64,000 bases of DNA from a virus (lineage: Duplodnaviria; Heunggongvirae; Uroviricota; Caudoviricetes): the IMG/VR virus record IMGVR_UViG_3300046524_000235; one strand, 5' to 3'. Below the pieces are notes generated by a model. It saw only the letters and a program-made list of their open reading frames with translations. It did no database searches and had not been told where the DNA came from. Below are positions 54,825-64,000 of this stretch, piece by piece. A program made the translations under genes and the position numbers. Numbering within the stretch: the first letter of the stretch is position 1; each line of letters opens with the position of its first letter.

Positions 54825-55298
54825 TCAACCGAAAAATAATCCGTAACCTGGTGTATTCAGGTGACGTTTTTTACTATCAAAACCATAAAAGTGCATGGTA
54901 GGGATAGTGTCTTTAATTACTTGGAAATCTACATCCTTGTCGATGAGATTTAAACAGTCCAACCAAAGGTTTACAATACCCTTCGGATCTTCTACAGCAT
55001 ACTGTCCTTCATATGTACCTTCTTCGTGACGATACAAGCTGTAGTCTATGAATCCAACATCGATCCCAGCTTTAACCAAGGCTTCAATTTGATCGTCAGG
55101 AATGAAATTGTTTTCATATTCTTTCGCCCACTTACCAGGATCAATACCGAGTTCTTCAATGCACTTAAAGTGCAGTTCTCGAAGGTACTCTACCGGCTTT
55201 GTAGACTTGACTACTGTTTCGTCATATCTGCCATGTCCATCGTTGGACCAATCTCCTAGCACGAACTTAACTAGGTATGTTTCTTGTGCTTCACTCAT
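54825..55298 (-). CDS. hypothetical protein (157 aa)
   Basis: Intact ORF; promoter-like motif upstream. Confidence 0.45.
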   Translation of the reverse strand: MSEAQETYLVKFVLGDWSNDGHGRYDETVVKSTKPVEYLRELHFKCIEELGIDPGKWAKEYENNFIPDDQIEALVKAGIDVGFIDYSLYRHEEGTYEGQYAVEDPKGIVNLWLDCLNLIDKDVDFQVIKDTIPTMHFYGFDSKKRHLNTPGYGLFFG

Positions 55299-55368
55299 TT
55301 TCTGGACAATAAAAAAGCCAGGTAAAAACCTGGCTTCATAACTCTTATACCAATAAACGCTTTATTGT

Positions 55369-55647
55369 TTAAGCATTTACAAGTGACTTCAGTGCCTTAG
55401 ACGATGCTAGGCGAACAGTCTTGCGAGCGGAGATCTGGAGAGATTCACCGGTACGGGGATTACGACCCGAACGTGCTGAACGCTCACGAACCTTAAGCTT
55501 GCCAATGCCCGGAATAAGGGCTTCACCTGAACCAGCAACAGTTACTTGAACTGCCTTGGCAAAGGAGTTGATGAATGCGTGAGCAGCCTTCTTGGTAATA
55601 CCGAGGTCAGTGCTGATGGAGTTGATGAGTTGTGCTTTTGTTGTCAT
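55369..55647 (-). CDS. HU/IHF-family DNA-binding protein
   Basis: MTTKAQLINSIS…GFGKF-like arm (…IPGIGKLKVRERSARSGRNPRTGE…), 92 aa. Confidence 0.75.
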   Translation of the reverse strand: MTTKAQLINSISTDLGITKKAAHAFINSFAKAVQVTVAGSGEALIPGIGKLKVRERSARSGRNPRTGESLQISARKTVRLASSKALKSLVNA

Positions 55648-55652
55648 TTCAA

Positions 55653-55907
55653 TTAATTGTGAATAGGTTTTGCTGCGTAAAGCTTTACTGGCTTTGGACC
55701 GAATGTGTAGTTCATTGTCAGTAGATTCTTCGAATAGGCTTCTCGAATTGCGTAGAATTCATCATCTGCCCAAACATGTCCCAGGAGAGGCTTTGGACCC
55801 CAACTGTCTTTCCAAAAGTCCGGGTAGATTGCATACTTGAATTTACCAGGACCATAAAAACTGCGAGTTGGCTTGTGTGCCGTTGTCTTGTTCATTTCTT
55901 GAATCAA
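55653..55907 (-). CDS. hypothetical protein (84 aa)
   Basis: Intact ORF. Confidence 0.4.
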   Translation of the reverse strand: MIQEMNKTTAHKPTRSFYGPGKFKYAIYPDFWKDSWGPKPLLGHVWADDEFYAIREAYSKNLLTMNYTFGPKPVKLYAAKPIHN

Positions 55908-55969
55908 GGAAGTTGTTTAGAAGGTTTAATGATAAAGATCGAAAAACCTTCTGTCAACACCTATTTTCG

Positions 55970-58912
55970 TTATTCGTTGAATTCACCGATATTTTTAATC
56001 GTATCTGGAGCTAGACTCATATCCAGTGTCAGCACAACTCTTCGAATACCGTTTAAACCCATCTTTACCTTGCGTTCATCACTTACAAAATACGGTTCTT
56101 CTCGTATAGCTGACAGCACTGCATTTTTCGAGAATGCAAATCTACCCCTAGTATCATCTAACACCTGCTTAAACACTGCAGGGTACCAGATGTGAATCAA
56201 GTTACCTTCAGTCAAAACGTGTGAGATGTTAATCTTCTGATGCTCCTGAGCCATCATGCCTTCTACGAGTTCAAAGAACTGCATAACCGTAGTGTCAGCC
56301 TTTTGACTAGTAGCTTCTTCAGCAGAAGCCTTAAACAGAAACTCTTTGAAGTTGAACTCAGGAATGTACTTGTCAGCAATACGCTTTGCAAATACTCCGA
56401 TTGCCGCCCAGTTCTTAGAAGTTCGCTGAGAGCAATTAGCCTCTCTAACAAGTTCCTTATCCAGGTCTCGAATCTCATCTTTGAGCTTGTCCATATCTTC
56501 GTCAACGCTATCAAGAATCCAGTGATAAACAACACCACTGAATAGATGACGACGATCCTCAAGCCAACGATACGATTCTGTTAACTCTCGGTTGTTTACC
56601 GGAATACGAACAGGTATGCAGCGCTCCCTGGTTGCAGGGTCCTCAAATAAGTCTTCACCGACGAACATGAAGCAGGAACGAACTTCTTGAGTCTTGACAC
56701 CAAAACCATCTTTAACTCCCATCGTTCTTGGAGTACGGTCATAGTACGTACGGAACAAGTTCACATACTCTTTCGTCTCTTGGTCTGATCGAATTTCATC
56801 GATGAAGACTGGAAGTGAAGAATAGTACTCAACCTTACGACCCCAACCTACTGCTGACTTCAACTGCGGAACTGAAGTGTAGCCACAGTCACGCATATCA
56901 TAAAAGTCTTGAATCCACTTCGCAATCGAAGTCTTACCTTTACCCTTCGTGCCCCATAGGAACAGATACGGAAAACTCTTGTTTAAAGAGAAAATCGTAT
57001 TTGAATAAATACAAGCATACATCCAGCCTAGAAGAATCAAAGCATGACCTGGATTGTTCAGATTCTTACTCAGATTCTCCACGATACCCTTCATGAGATC
57101 ATCTGCTTCAGCTCTTGAGATGTCAGGCTCGATATAAGGAATATCGACTTTCCCGGAGTTGTCCCCAGTTGTGTGAACCTGGTTCGAGGCAACGTTGAGC
57201 GATTCAGGTCTAATACCAACTGTCTTACCTGCAAGCCAAAATACTCCATCCTTATCTGGTTCGATAACAGCCCCTGTGTCAGAAATGAATCGATTGCGGA
57301 AGATCCAACCGCGCATTCCTTCATGACGTCCAACAGTTCGTGTAACACGGACTTGTGTTTCTGATGACTGGGAGTAGACGAGTTCCCAAAGTCCAGACAT
57401 ATCTCGTTCATTGCCTTTGAAATCGGCGTCAACCGCTCTTGCAAGCAATGTTCTGAAAGGCTTGAGAGAGACTTTGGTTTCCGAGTCGATTAGAATTGGA
57501 ATACTCTTTTGACCGTCTTCTCTGACGATAACGACTTCACGATGTCTATCCCCATCTTCAGTAATGTAAATGTTCTTCAGTACGATTACAAAGTCACTTA
57601 CTTTAGTGTACTGAGGCTCACCTTCTTTAAACGTTACTCGCCAGTAGGAACCCTTCTTCTGAACAATTGAGTTCTGAGCTAGTTCTTTTCCGGGAGGGAG
57701 GATTTCAATATCTCCTGAATCTTCTTCAGAAATATCTCGTTCTCTTTCTCCGTTATGTCCTTCACCGCCTGCCGACTCCATTCTCTGAAGATACGAGCCC
57801 CCATCGAACTGTACTTTTCCAGACCCGGACTCCACAGCCACGACCTGCGTTCCTGGCCCTTTGCTCGCTTCAATAAGCGCATCTACATCTGCTCCATTGC
57901 AAATCAGTTTATCAATGTCATCTTCACGTTCTCCAGGAATTACCTGAATTACAGTAGATAACGCTTTACGAAGTTTATCAACTTTAGTTCGATACTTATC
58001 ACCAGCTTCATCATTATCGAAGAACGTTACAATTGTCTTCTTGCTGAGATTCTCACGAATCCAGTCAAGTTGACTACCGGAGATCTGACCGATAGTTGCC
58101 AGTACGCCAGTTTTACCTGCACGCAATAGACTCAAACGATCATTCTCACCTTCAACGATGTAGACAGTGTCTTTACCTACAACAGTATCTTGTCCCCAAA
58201 ATTGATGCCCGTTAAGACAGAACCGATTTGGAAGCTGATACGCCAATTTCTTAAGCGGATCTTTGAAGGTAAAGTGGGAGACTCTACCTTTCACATAATG
58301 AGGATAGATGAATACCTTCGAAGGGAGGAAATCACGACCAGTCTTTTCACTCTTAAGTCCTGAAGCTAGAAGAATCTCTGTGTCATACCCCAATGCTTCA
58401 AGATACGCTACAACTCCGCCATCAGACCAACCTACATGTTCCTGCTTGAGAATCTCTTCAGAGTGTCCTCGTACCTTCATTTGATACTCGGACGGAGTCA
58501 TCTTCGCAAGCTCCATATAGGGCTTGTTGCACTCTTCCCAAAGACAATTCTCGTAATACGCTGCTGCTAACTGGAAAATCTCTGCAATCGGATTGTAGTC
58601 CGAAGGCAGTTTAATATCATGTTCCTTCGAAAGCTTAAGACACGCTTCTCGAAGAGTTACATCATTACGTTTTGCAGTCCACTCAATGACGTCTCCATGA
58701 GCCTCGCAGCTAAAGCAGTGGTAACCTGCCTTCTCTGGTTCGTCCTCATTAAAGAACATCTTGAAGCAGCCTTTATGACCACAGAATGGACAACCTACGT
58801 CTTCATCGTCTTCAAATCTAAATGTGTTTGTACCATTTTCTACAATTGACTGCTGAGTATCGTTTGCGATTTGCTCAAGCAGGTTTACAGCCTTTTTAAT
58901 TGTTTCAAACAT
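55970..58912 (-). CDS. DNA primase-helicase (zinc-binding + TOPRIM + P-loop NTPase)
   Basis: CPFCGHKGCF…CFSC zinc motif, TOPRIM (TFFDNDEAGDKY), Walker A (WGTKGKGKTS). Confidence 0.65.
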   Translation of the reverse strand: MFETIKKAVNLLEQIANDTQQSIVENGTNTFRFEDDEDVGCPFCGHKGCFKMFFNEDEPEKAGYHCFSCEAHGDVIEWTAKRNDVTLREACLKLSKEHDIKLPSDYNPIAEIFQLAAAYYENCLWEECNKPYMELAKMTPSEYQMKVRGHSEEILKQEHVGWSDGGVVAYLEALGYDTEILLASGLKSEKTGRDFLPSKVFIYPHYVKGRVSHFTFKDPLKKLAYQLPNRFCLNGHQFWGQDTVVGKDTVYIVEGENDRLSLLRAGKTGVLATIGQISGSQLDWIRENLSKKTIVTFFDNDEAGDKYRTKVDKLRKALSTVIQVIPGEREDDIDKLICNGADVDALIEASKGPGTQVVAVESGSGKVQFDGGSYLQRMESAGGEGHNGERERDISEEDSGDIEILPPGKELAQNSIVQKKGSYWRVTFKEGEPQYTKVSDFVIVLKNIYITEDGDRHREVVIVREDGQKSIPILIDSETKVSLKPFRTLLARAVDADFKGNERDMSGLWELVYSQSSETQVRVTRTVGRHEGMRGWIFRNRFISDTGAVIEPDKDGVFWLAGKTVGIRPESLNVASNQVHTTGDNSGKVDIPYIEPDISRAEADDLMKGIVENLSKNLNNPGHALILLGWMYACIYSNTIFSLNKSFPYLFLWGTKGKGKTSIAKWIQDFYDMRDCGYTSVPQLKSAVGWGRKVEYYSSLPVFIDEIRSDQETKEYVNLFRTYYDRTPRTMGVKDGFGVKTQEVRSCFMFVGEDLFEDPATRERCIPVRIPVNNRELTESYRWLEDRRHLFSGVVYHWILDSVDEDMDKLKDEIRDLDKELVREANCSQRTSKNWAAIGVFAKRIADKYIPEFNFKEFLFKASAEEATSQKADTTVMQFFELVEGMMAQEHQKINISHVLTEGNLIHIWYPAVFKQVLDDTRGRFAFSKNAVLSAIREEPYFVSDERKVKMGLNGIRRVVLTLDMSLAPDTIKNIGEFNE

Positions 58913-59028
58913 CTCTTACCTACGCCTTAATCAAGTCCCATAGGATAACTCAAAAGAACTACGATTTACAAACTAAAAAAGCAGACCTCTAGTCCGCTTT
59001 TCTAGTCACAGCTTATAAGCTGTTGATT

Positions 59029-60009
59029 TTATTCTGCTTTTTTGATCTCGAAAAACTTGGAAGTAGCTTTCTCCAAATCTTTGAGGTTACCGTCAGCTTT
59101 CTTGGCCTTGCACCAAGGAGCAAACTCACAGTACTTACAGTGATTTCCTACACGATGAGCGAAGTGTTTATCTTCGGATACAGAGTCAATAGCACCTTGT
59201 ACATTGAACTCCATCATGTTTTTCATCTTACCTTCGATGTCTTCCTTGTTAGAGAACTCATCTAGGATAATCTCACCCTCACGGATGAAGCCAACTCCAG
59301 ACGTAGCACCCTTGATAGGCGTCAGCCCGAAGTTAATCATTGGCTTATACGAATCCAACTGTTGCTTGTAGTTACGGATACCAGCCGCTGCAGGAGGACC
59401 GTACTTCCAGTCCAGGATCATGGCATCGCCATTTTCCAGAATAATTACGAAGTCAACTACGCCTCGGAACCATACATCTGCTGCAAAGAACTTCGTGGCT
59501 TTCCAGTCACGGGTAACACCTAGTCGAAGCTCGGTATAGACCTTCTTAACCTTGTTACGCTTCTTAAAATTATCGATACGATCCTTGAACTGAGTGATGT
59601 TATACTCAACTCCCTCGATTCGTTCAACCCAGAGTTCTTCAGTAAGCTTGCTCGGTACAAACTCAGTCTTAGCCATTGCATAAGCATTTGCGACTGTGTG
59701 ACCGAAGAATACCAACTCCAGGATTTTGTGTGCTGCCGAACCAACGTCGGCTAGCGAAGTGTCTTGCGCTGCTGCTAACTGAGGCGGTAACTTAACCTTC
59801 AGAATGTACTTCAGATAGAATTGCAGAGGGCATTTCTCCAGAACCTTGAGTTTAGAATGAGACCAAGGTCCCAACGAAATATCATCAAGTGCTACCTCTT
59901 CAAGAGAACTACTTTGCTTGTAGAGGGTTTCAAGGAACTCTTTAGAAATCTCTTTCAAGCCATCATTTACTTCTCCGGTACTTTCTACTTGTTCAACTAC
60001 GTCTGTCAT
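59029..60009 (-). CDS. PD-(D/E)xK nuclease, Cas4/RecB-like with C-terminal Cys cluster
   Basis: DFVIILENGDAMILDWKYG (D…E-x-K) and C-terminal CKYCEFAPWC. Confidence 0.55.
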   Translation of the reverse strand: MTDVVEQVESTGEVNDGLKEISKEFLETLYKQSSSLEEVALDDISLGPWSHSKLKVLEKCPLQFYLKYILKVKLPPQLAAAQDTSLADVGSAAHKILELVFFGHTVANAYAMAKTEFVPSKLTEELWVERIEGVEYNITQFKDRIDNFKKRNKVKKVYTELRLGVTRDWKATKFFAADVWFRGVVDFVIILENGDAMILDWKYGPPAAAGIRNYKQQLDSYKPMINFGLTPIKGATSGVGFIREGEIILDEFSNKEDIEGKMKNMMEFNVQGAIDSVSEDKHFAHRVGNHCKYCEFAPWCKAKKADGNLKDLEKATSKFFEIKKAE

Positions 60010-60011
60010 AA

Positions 60012-60596
60012 TTAATGGAATTCCATACTAGTGTAGGGAGACCAGAAACTGTCTTCACTACCCTGCGTACTGTTCTCTTGTAGTTCGGGTTCTTCAGATA
60101 TCTGATCATCGTTTTGCTCAACTTTATGTGTATTGCGGTTTTCATAAGCATACACGAAGTTTTCAACGATGTCACGTCTATCCTGACTAAAAAAAGAAGG
60201 TAAATTCGTAAACTGCTTCTTTAGCCATTTATAGAAATAATAGCGATGTTCTGATTCAGGAATAGTGATGAATGTAACGCTGGTTCGCATCAGTCGGATA
60301 ATCTTGGATCGACTGAATGGCTTACCGTCTACTTTTCCGTTTTCACTTACTAGCTGGCAAGAAGCAGCTACTAAGAACGAATCATCTAATTCTCCAATAC
60401 ACACCCCAAACACCGCTGTACCACCTAGCAGATGGAACACACGATCTTTAATCTCGTTATCACCGAGAGAAATGCTTAGGGATAATTCTGCACACAGCTT
60501 AATATGCTCAGGAAGCGTATCCTCTGCGTCGTTCTCTTTGACTGGAACGTTGTTCTTGGTTTCTTGCACGATCTTTACCTTCAAAAAAGGCTCCAC
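60012..60596 (-). CDS. hypothetical protein (194 aa)
   Basis: Intact ORF. Confidence 0.4.
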   Translation of the reverse strand: MEPFLKVKIVQETKNNVPVKENDAEDTLPEHIKLCAELSLSISLGDNEIKDRVFHLLGGTAVFGVCIGELDDSFLVAASCQLVSENGKVDGKPFSRSKIIRLMRTSVTFITIPESEHRYYFYKWLKKQFTNLPSFFSQDRRDIVENFVYAYENRNTHKVEQNDDQISEEPELQENSTQGSEDSFWSPYTSMEFH

Positions 60597-60621
60597 GAAG
60601 GAGCCTTTGTATTACGCTTAC

Positions 60622-61473
60622 TTAAACTGAGTACTTGCTAGCGAGTTCTACGTCGCCACCTTCTTCTGCAGCTGGGCCTTCGATTGCGAGAGTTGCGTCT
60701 GCGCTATCGTTGGTCAACTGAGGTGCCGAGTCTGATGCACGGCGAATCTGAATAAATTCATAGAACTTATCGAGAGATTCCTTACGATCTTGACGGACTA
60801 CTTCAAAGAGTTCCTTAAGGAAGTCTACAAGTTCAGGTGCTACGTTCTTCTCTGCTGCCGGTGCCGGTTCAACTACATATGACTCAACGTTCTTGTACTT
60901 TGCGTTAGTCTTTGAGCTAAGCTGATAAACACGACGATACGGAGCAACGCCTGCCTTCTTCAGAAGCGATTCAAATTCAGTACCAATCGCATAGTTTGTC
61001 TTTGCGAAGTTGATAGAGAAGATGTCGCTGAAGTCTGCTGCAATGACCAGCATTTGCTTGATCTTGCTGCAATCTGACTTACGGGTTTCTTCATTGAATT
61101 GACCATGCGGGCACTTTGCGCAATCCATGCCGATATAGCCAACCTTAGCGTCAGGGCTGGAACAAAGCATCTTAGCTTCATCCTTGTCCGGACTCCAATA
61201 CTGACGACCGTTACCGATATACAGCGGAATAACCTTAAGCGGTTGATCGACCTTTTCTTCACCAAGCATAAAGTCACCAGCGCCAACACCCTTCGGGAGC
61301 TTGCTACGATCTGACGTTGCTTGAATGAGTTTCAACAGGGCGGCACGCCACTTGATAGGTTCGTCGCCAATTCCTTCTACTACAGCTTCCATGCGGTCCA
61401 GCAGATCCAGCGCGTTTTGCTTATGTGAATCGGGTAGTGCAGCTGCCAATACTTTAAGTGAATCGAGATTCAT
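60622..61473 (-). CDS. hypothetical protein (283 aa)
   Basis: Intact ORF; promoter-like motif upstream. Confidence 0.45.
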   Translation of the reverse strand: MNLDSLKVLAAALPDSHKQNALDLLDRMEAVVEGIGDEPIKWRAALLKLIQATSDRSKLPKGVGAGDFMLGEEKVDQPLKVIPLYIGNGRQYWSPDKDEAKMLCSSPDAKVGYIGMDCAKCPHGQFNEETRKSDCSKIKQMLVIAADFSDIFSINFAKTNYAIGTEFESLLKKAGVAPYRRVYQLSSKTNAKYKNVESYVVEPAPAAEKNVAPELVDFLKELFEVVRQDRKESLDKFYEFIQIRRASDSAPQLTNDSADATLAIEGPAAEEGGDVELASKYSV

Positions 61474-61869
61474 TAACTTATACTTCCTTGGTTTTAATAA
61501 TTGTGTAACTATGTGAGGCCACTACTTCTTCGAGGTCGCTAAAAGAGAGACCCCACGTTTCTTTAATCCGTTCGGATACTTGACCCCTATTATACAGGTC
61601 TAAGTCCTCATCGGTCAATACAACACGCCCTTGTTTTTCAAGCATAATGTTGTACCAATACTGTTATACCAAAAATTCTCAATTTGTTTACTCGGTCTTT
61701 ACCTGGACTACGAGCTGGTTAGAACTAACGTAGCCTCCGCGCTTTTCGAAGTCTCCAAACATAGCTACTCGAATAGCATCCAGAATTTCATGGTCGTCTT
61801 CAGAATTGCATTGAAAAGAGAGTGCGACCATCTTCTTCTCTTCGTTTACTTCCATCTCTACTTTAACGC

Positions 61870-62478
61870 TCATTTCGGGCTCTCAATATAGTATTCCACC
61901 ATTTTAGCCATTTCTGTTATGTATTGCAAGTTATCACCTGAATTCATAAACGTACAATTGAAGCGTACAACATGCTGCCAGTCAGTGTACTCAGTGTGAA
62001 TTGCGGCAATACGTTTGGCGTGATACTTAACTCTTGCTGGATCTGCGAAATCGGTTGAAACAAGCCGAGAGAGGTAGCGATGTACAAGAACGTCAAACTC
62101 TGCTTGGACAAAGATTGTGAGTAGCTGATACCCATTCTCTGCAGCGAATTTCTGAAACTGAGGTATCCCAGTTGGCTCGATAATAACAACTGGCACAGTT
62201 CCTGAGTTGATCGCTTCAGCTGCATCGCTTTTAAGTGTTCCGTAATACTGCAGGCCTTGAAAGTGAACGGTTTGGACAAACTCGTCTTCTCCCATGAGTC
62301 TAAGGAAAATAGGTTCACTGGTAAATCTGTAATCAACTCCATCTACTTCTCCTGCTCTCGGCGGTCTGGTAGTTACGCTTAACAGTTTGGCAAATTTGCC
62401 AGTTTCAATGAGCTTGTTAAGTAGCTCTGATTTTCCGGAACCAGAAGGACCGGTGATTGTTATCAAAAACTTCGACAT
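61870..62478 (-). CDS. guanylate kinase-like nucleoside monophosphate kinase
   Basis: P-loop (GPSGSGKS) and TTRPPRAGEVDGVDYRF guanylate-kinase signature. Confidence 0.55.
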   Translation of the reverse strand: MSKFLITITGPSGSGKSELLNKLIETGKFAKLLSVTTRPPRAGEVDGVDYRFTSEPIFLRLMGEDEFVQTVHFQGLQYYGTLKSDAAEAINSGTVPVVIIEPTGIPQFQKFAAENGYQLLTIFVQAEFDVLVHRYLSRLVSTDFADPARVKYHAKRIAAIHTEYTDWQHVVRFNCTFMNSGDNLQYITEMAKMVEYYIESPK

Positions 62479-62560
62479 TTACATTACTCTTGCATAATTA
62501 AGATTCTTTATGATACTCTACGTTAAAGGAGACTTCAAGGTCTCATGACCGGAAACTATA

Positions 62561-63343
62561 ATGGATTTATCAAAATACTACGAACAGATTTGTGCGCACC
62601 CCCTATTGGATAGGAATGAGGAGTACGATCTGTTTCTGGAATACCAAGACCCCGCTGCCTCAGTTGCTAAAAAAGAAGCTATCAAAAAGAGAATCATTAA
62701 CTCCAATCTGCGCTTTGCTTTTAAACAAGCCAAGTACTTTAGCGGAGGTGATCTCTATCTATTCGAAGAACTGATCGGTTCAGCGAACGAAGGACTCCTA
62801 GTCGGATTCGAGAAATACAATCCAACTCCAGAAGTTAGATTCCTATCCTACGCAGGATGGTGGGTCTCACAGCGAATTCTGTACACGATGTCTAAGATGA
62901 GAATAGTCTCCCTTCCGATCTGGAAGCAGCAAGTTGGTCAACAGATTTCTAAGTTTATTGAAGCCAATCCAGATAATTGCTCTTTTGAAATGCTGAAAGA
63001 GAAATTCCCCAAGGTCTCAGAAAAAGACCTCAGGGAACTCTCAGAAACAAAATTTTTAACCTACTACATAGAAGATATGAGTACGGATAGTCCTGAGTTT
63101 GAAATCGATCCCATTGGAACCGAAGTTGAAAGCAGAATTGATAAAGAACGAATCCACCAAATGGTAGACGATCTACCAAGCCCACACAAAGAAATTGTCA
63201 TCATGTCTTACGGCTTAAAAGACGGTGACGACAAAACCCATGCAGAGATGGCAAAAACTTTGAACATTTCCAAAGACCAGCTTAGGTCTTATAAGCGCGA
63301 AGCAATGGATATGCTCAAAGAGAAATTGGTGCCCGTGAGATAA
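62561..63343 (+). CDS. sigma-70 family RNA polymerase sigma factor
   Basis: Region 2-like (YFSGGDLYLFEELIGSANEGLL) and region 4 HTH (…HAEMAKTLNISKDQLRSYKREAM…). Only credible plus-strand gene. Confidence 0.6.
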   Translation: MDLSKYYEQICAHPLLDRNEEYDLFLEYQDPAASVAKKEAIKKRIINSNLRFAFKQAKYFSGGDLYLFEELIGSANEGLLVGFEKYNPTPEVRFLSYAGWWVSQRILYTMSKMRIVSLPIWKQQVGQQISKFIEANPDNCSFEMLKEKFPKVSEKDLRELSETKFLTYYIEDMSTDSPEFEIDPIGTEVESRIDKERIHQMVDDLPSPHKEIVIMSYGLKDGDDKTHAEMAKTLNISKDQLRSYKREAMDMLKEKLVPVR

Positions 63344-63423
63344 TTACTTAGTCGGCGGCACGGGCCAGTGGTCCCAATTCCAAGGCATTTTCTTTACCCA
63401 CAAATTAATCAAAAAAATCTCTT

Positions 63424-63984
63424 TCAGTTATCCAGAGGCTTTACTTTAGGTGGCCTGCCTCGCCGTTTTTTGACAGGCTGATCTCCGATTGGGCTTTGAA
63501 TGGCTAAAGTTTCCGCAACGTTTTCGGTCAACGTCTGAACTTTATTAGCTTCAGACGTACTACCTGTTACCGACACGCTCCCCTGTTGAACCAATATTCC
63601 TGCGTTTTTTGGTGGTCGTCCTCGACGCCGTTTTGGCTCATTGCCAAGAACGGGAGATCCGACTCCACTTCCTCCAGACTTGTCGGCAGAAGCCAGCTTG
63701 TCAGGATTGGCTGCTCTGACCGTTCCGTGTGATCCAGAACCGCCGATACGTGCCGTGTCAAAAGATGTAGTTTTGCTGGTGATTTCCGGTGAGAATGCAA
63801 ATCGCGGAAACGGCCAGACATACGGGACTGGTTTTGCGATTCCTTCTGGCTCAAGCTTTTGCTGAGCGGGTTCAGGGGAAACGACTTTCCTTGGTCTACC
63901 ACGCTTTCTTGGTTGTTCATTTGTTTTTGACTCTTGGTCTGGATAAAGAATAGACGAAATGTTTTGGGTGTTATTTACTTCCAC
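63424..63984 (-). CDS. AT-hook DNA-binding protein (GTG start)
   Basis: Three RGRP AT-hook cores (PRKRGRPRK, RRRGRPPK, KKRRGRPPK). Confidence 0.5.
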   Translation of the reverse strand: MEVNNTQNISSILYPDQESKTNEQPRKRGRPRKVVSPEPAQQKLEPEGIAKPVPYVWPFPRFAFSPEITSKTTSFDTARIGGSGSHGTVRAANPDKLASADKSGGSGVGSPVLGNEPKRRRGRPPKNAGILVQQGSVSVTGSTSEANKVQTLTENVAETLAIQSPIGDQPVKKRRGRPPKVKPLDN

Positions 63985-64000
63985 AATATACTTATACCAA

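Noticed and set aside
1-64000. CRISPR arrays, integrase/attachment sites, transposases
   Set aside because: No regularly spaced direct repeats with unique spacers, no tyrosine/serine recombinase motifs and no IS-like terminal inverted repeats. The only spaced repeats are the 52.5-53.3 kb iterons and the 3.0-3.3 kb duplication.

Overview
This 64-kb window looks like a non-structural (early/middle) region of a large virulent dsDNA bacteriophage. Nearly every gene is on the minus strand; the only convincing plus-strand gene is a sigma-70-family factor at 62561..63343. Plus-strand ORFs in the track that lie antisense to minus-strand genes are treated as spurious.

Recognisable content:
- NAD+ salvage genes (nadV, bifunctional natV) and a 5'-deoxynucleotidase.
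- Class Ia ribonucleotide reductase (nrdA, nrdB).
- A family-A DNA polymerase encoded as two overlapping ORFs: UDG-like + 3'-5' exonuclease part, and polymerase part.
- RNase H, RuvC-like resolvase, primase-helicase, Cas4/RecB-like nuclease, HU, and a guanylate-kinase-like enzyme.
- About 21 tRNA genes in an island at 26.0-35.7 kb plus one at 14.6 kb.

Most interesting observations:
1. A tandem array of eight translationally coupled paralogous genes (17114..20229). They share N- and C-terminal motifs but have hypervariable cores, and I do not recognise the family.
2. A translation/tRNA-maintenance gene set:
   - a tRNA-Trp-like amber suppressor tRNA (anticodon CUA);
   - a release-factor GGQ-domain homologue that lacks GGQ;
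   - a PTH2-type peptidyl-tRNA hydrolase;
   - a Thg1-like tRNA 5'-end repair enzyme;
   - a Hen1-Pnkp RNA repair cassette (kinase-phosphatase-ligase plus 2'-O-methyltransferase);
   - a T5orf172/GIY-YIG-like gene inside the tRNA island;
   - several atypical tRNAs.
3. A recurrent promoter-like motif upstream of minus-strand operons (TTGGTATAAGAG in the transcribed sense), possibly the cognate of the phage sigma factor.
4. An 840-bp intergenic region with many TGTCCAG/CTGGACA half-sites and an AT-rich core flanked by a ~90-bp imperfect inverted repeat (candidate origin or regulatory hub).

All domain calls are from motif recognition by eye and all coordinates were hand-counted. tRNA ends may be off by 1-3 nt.
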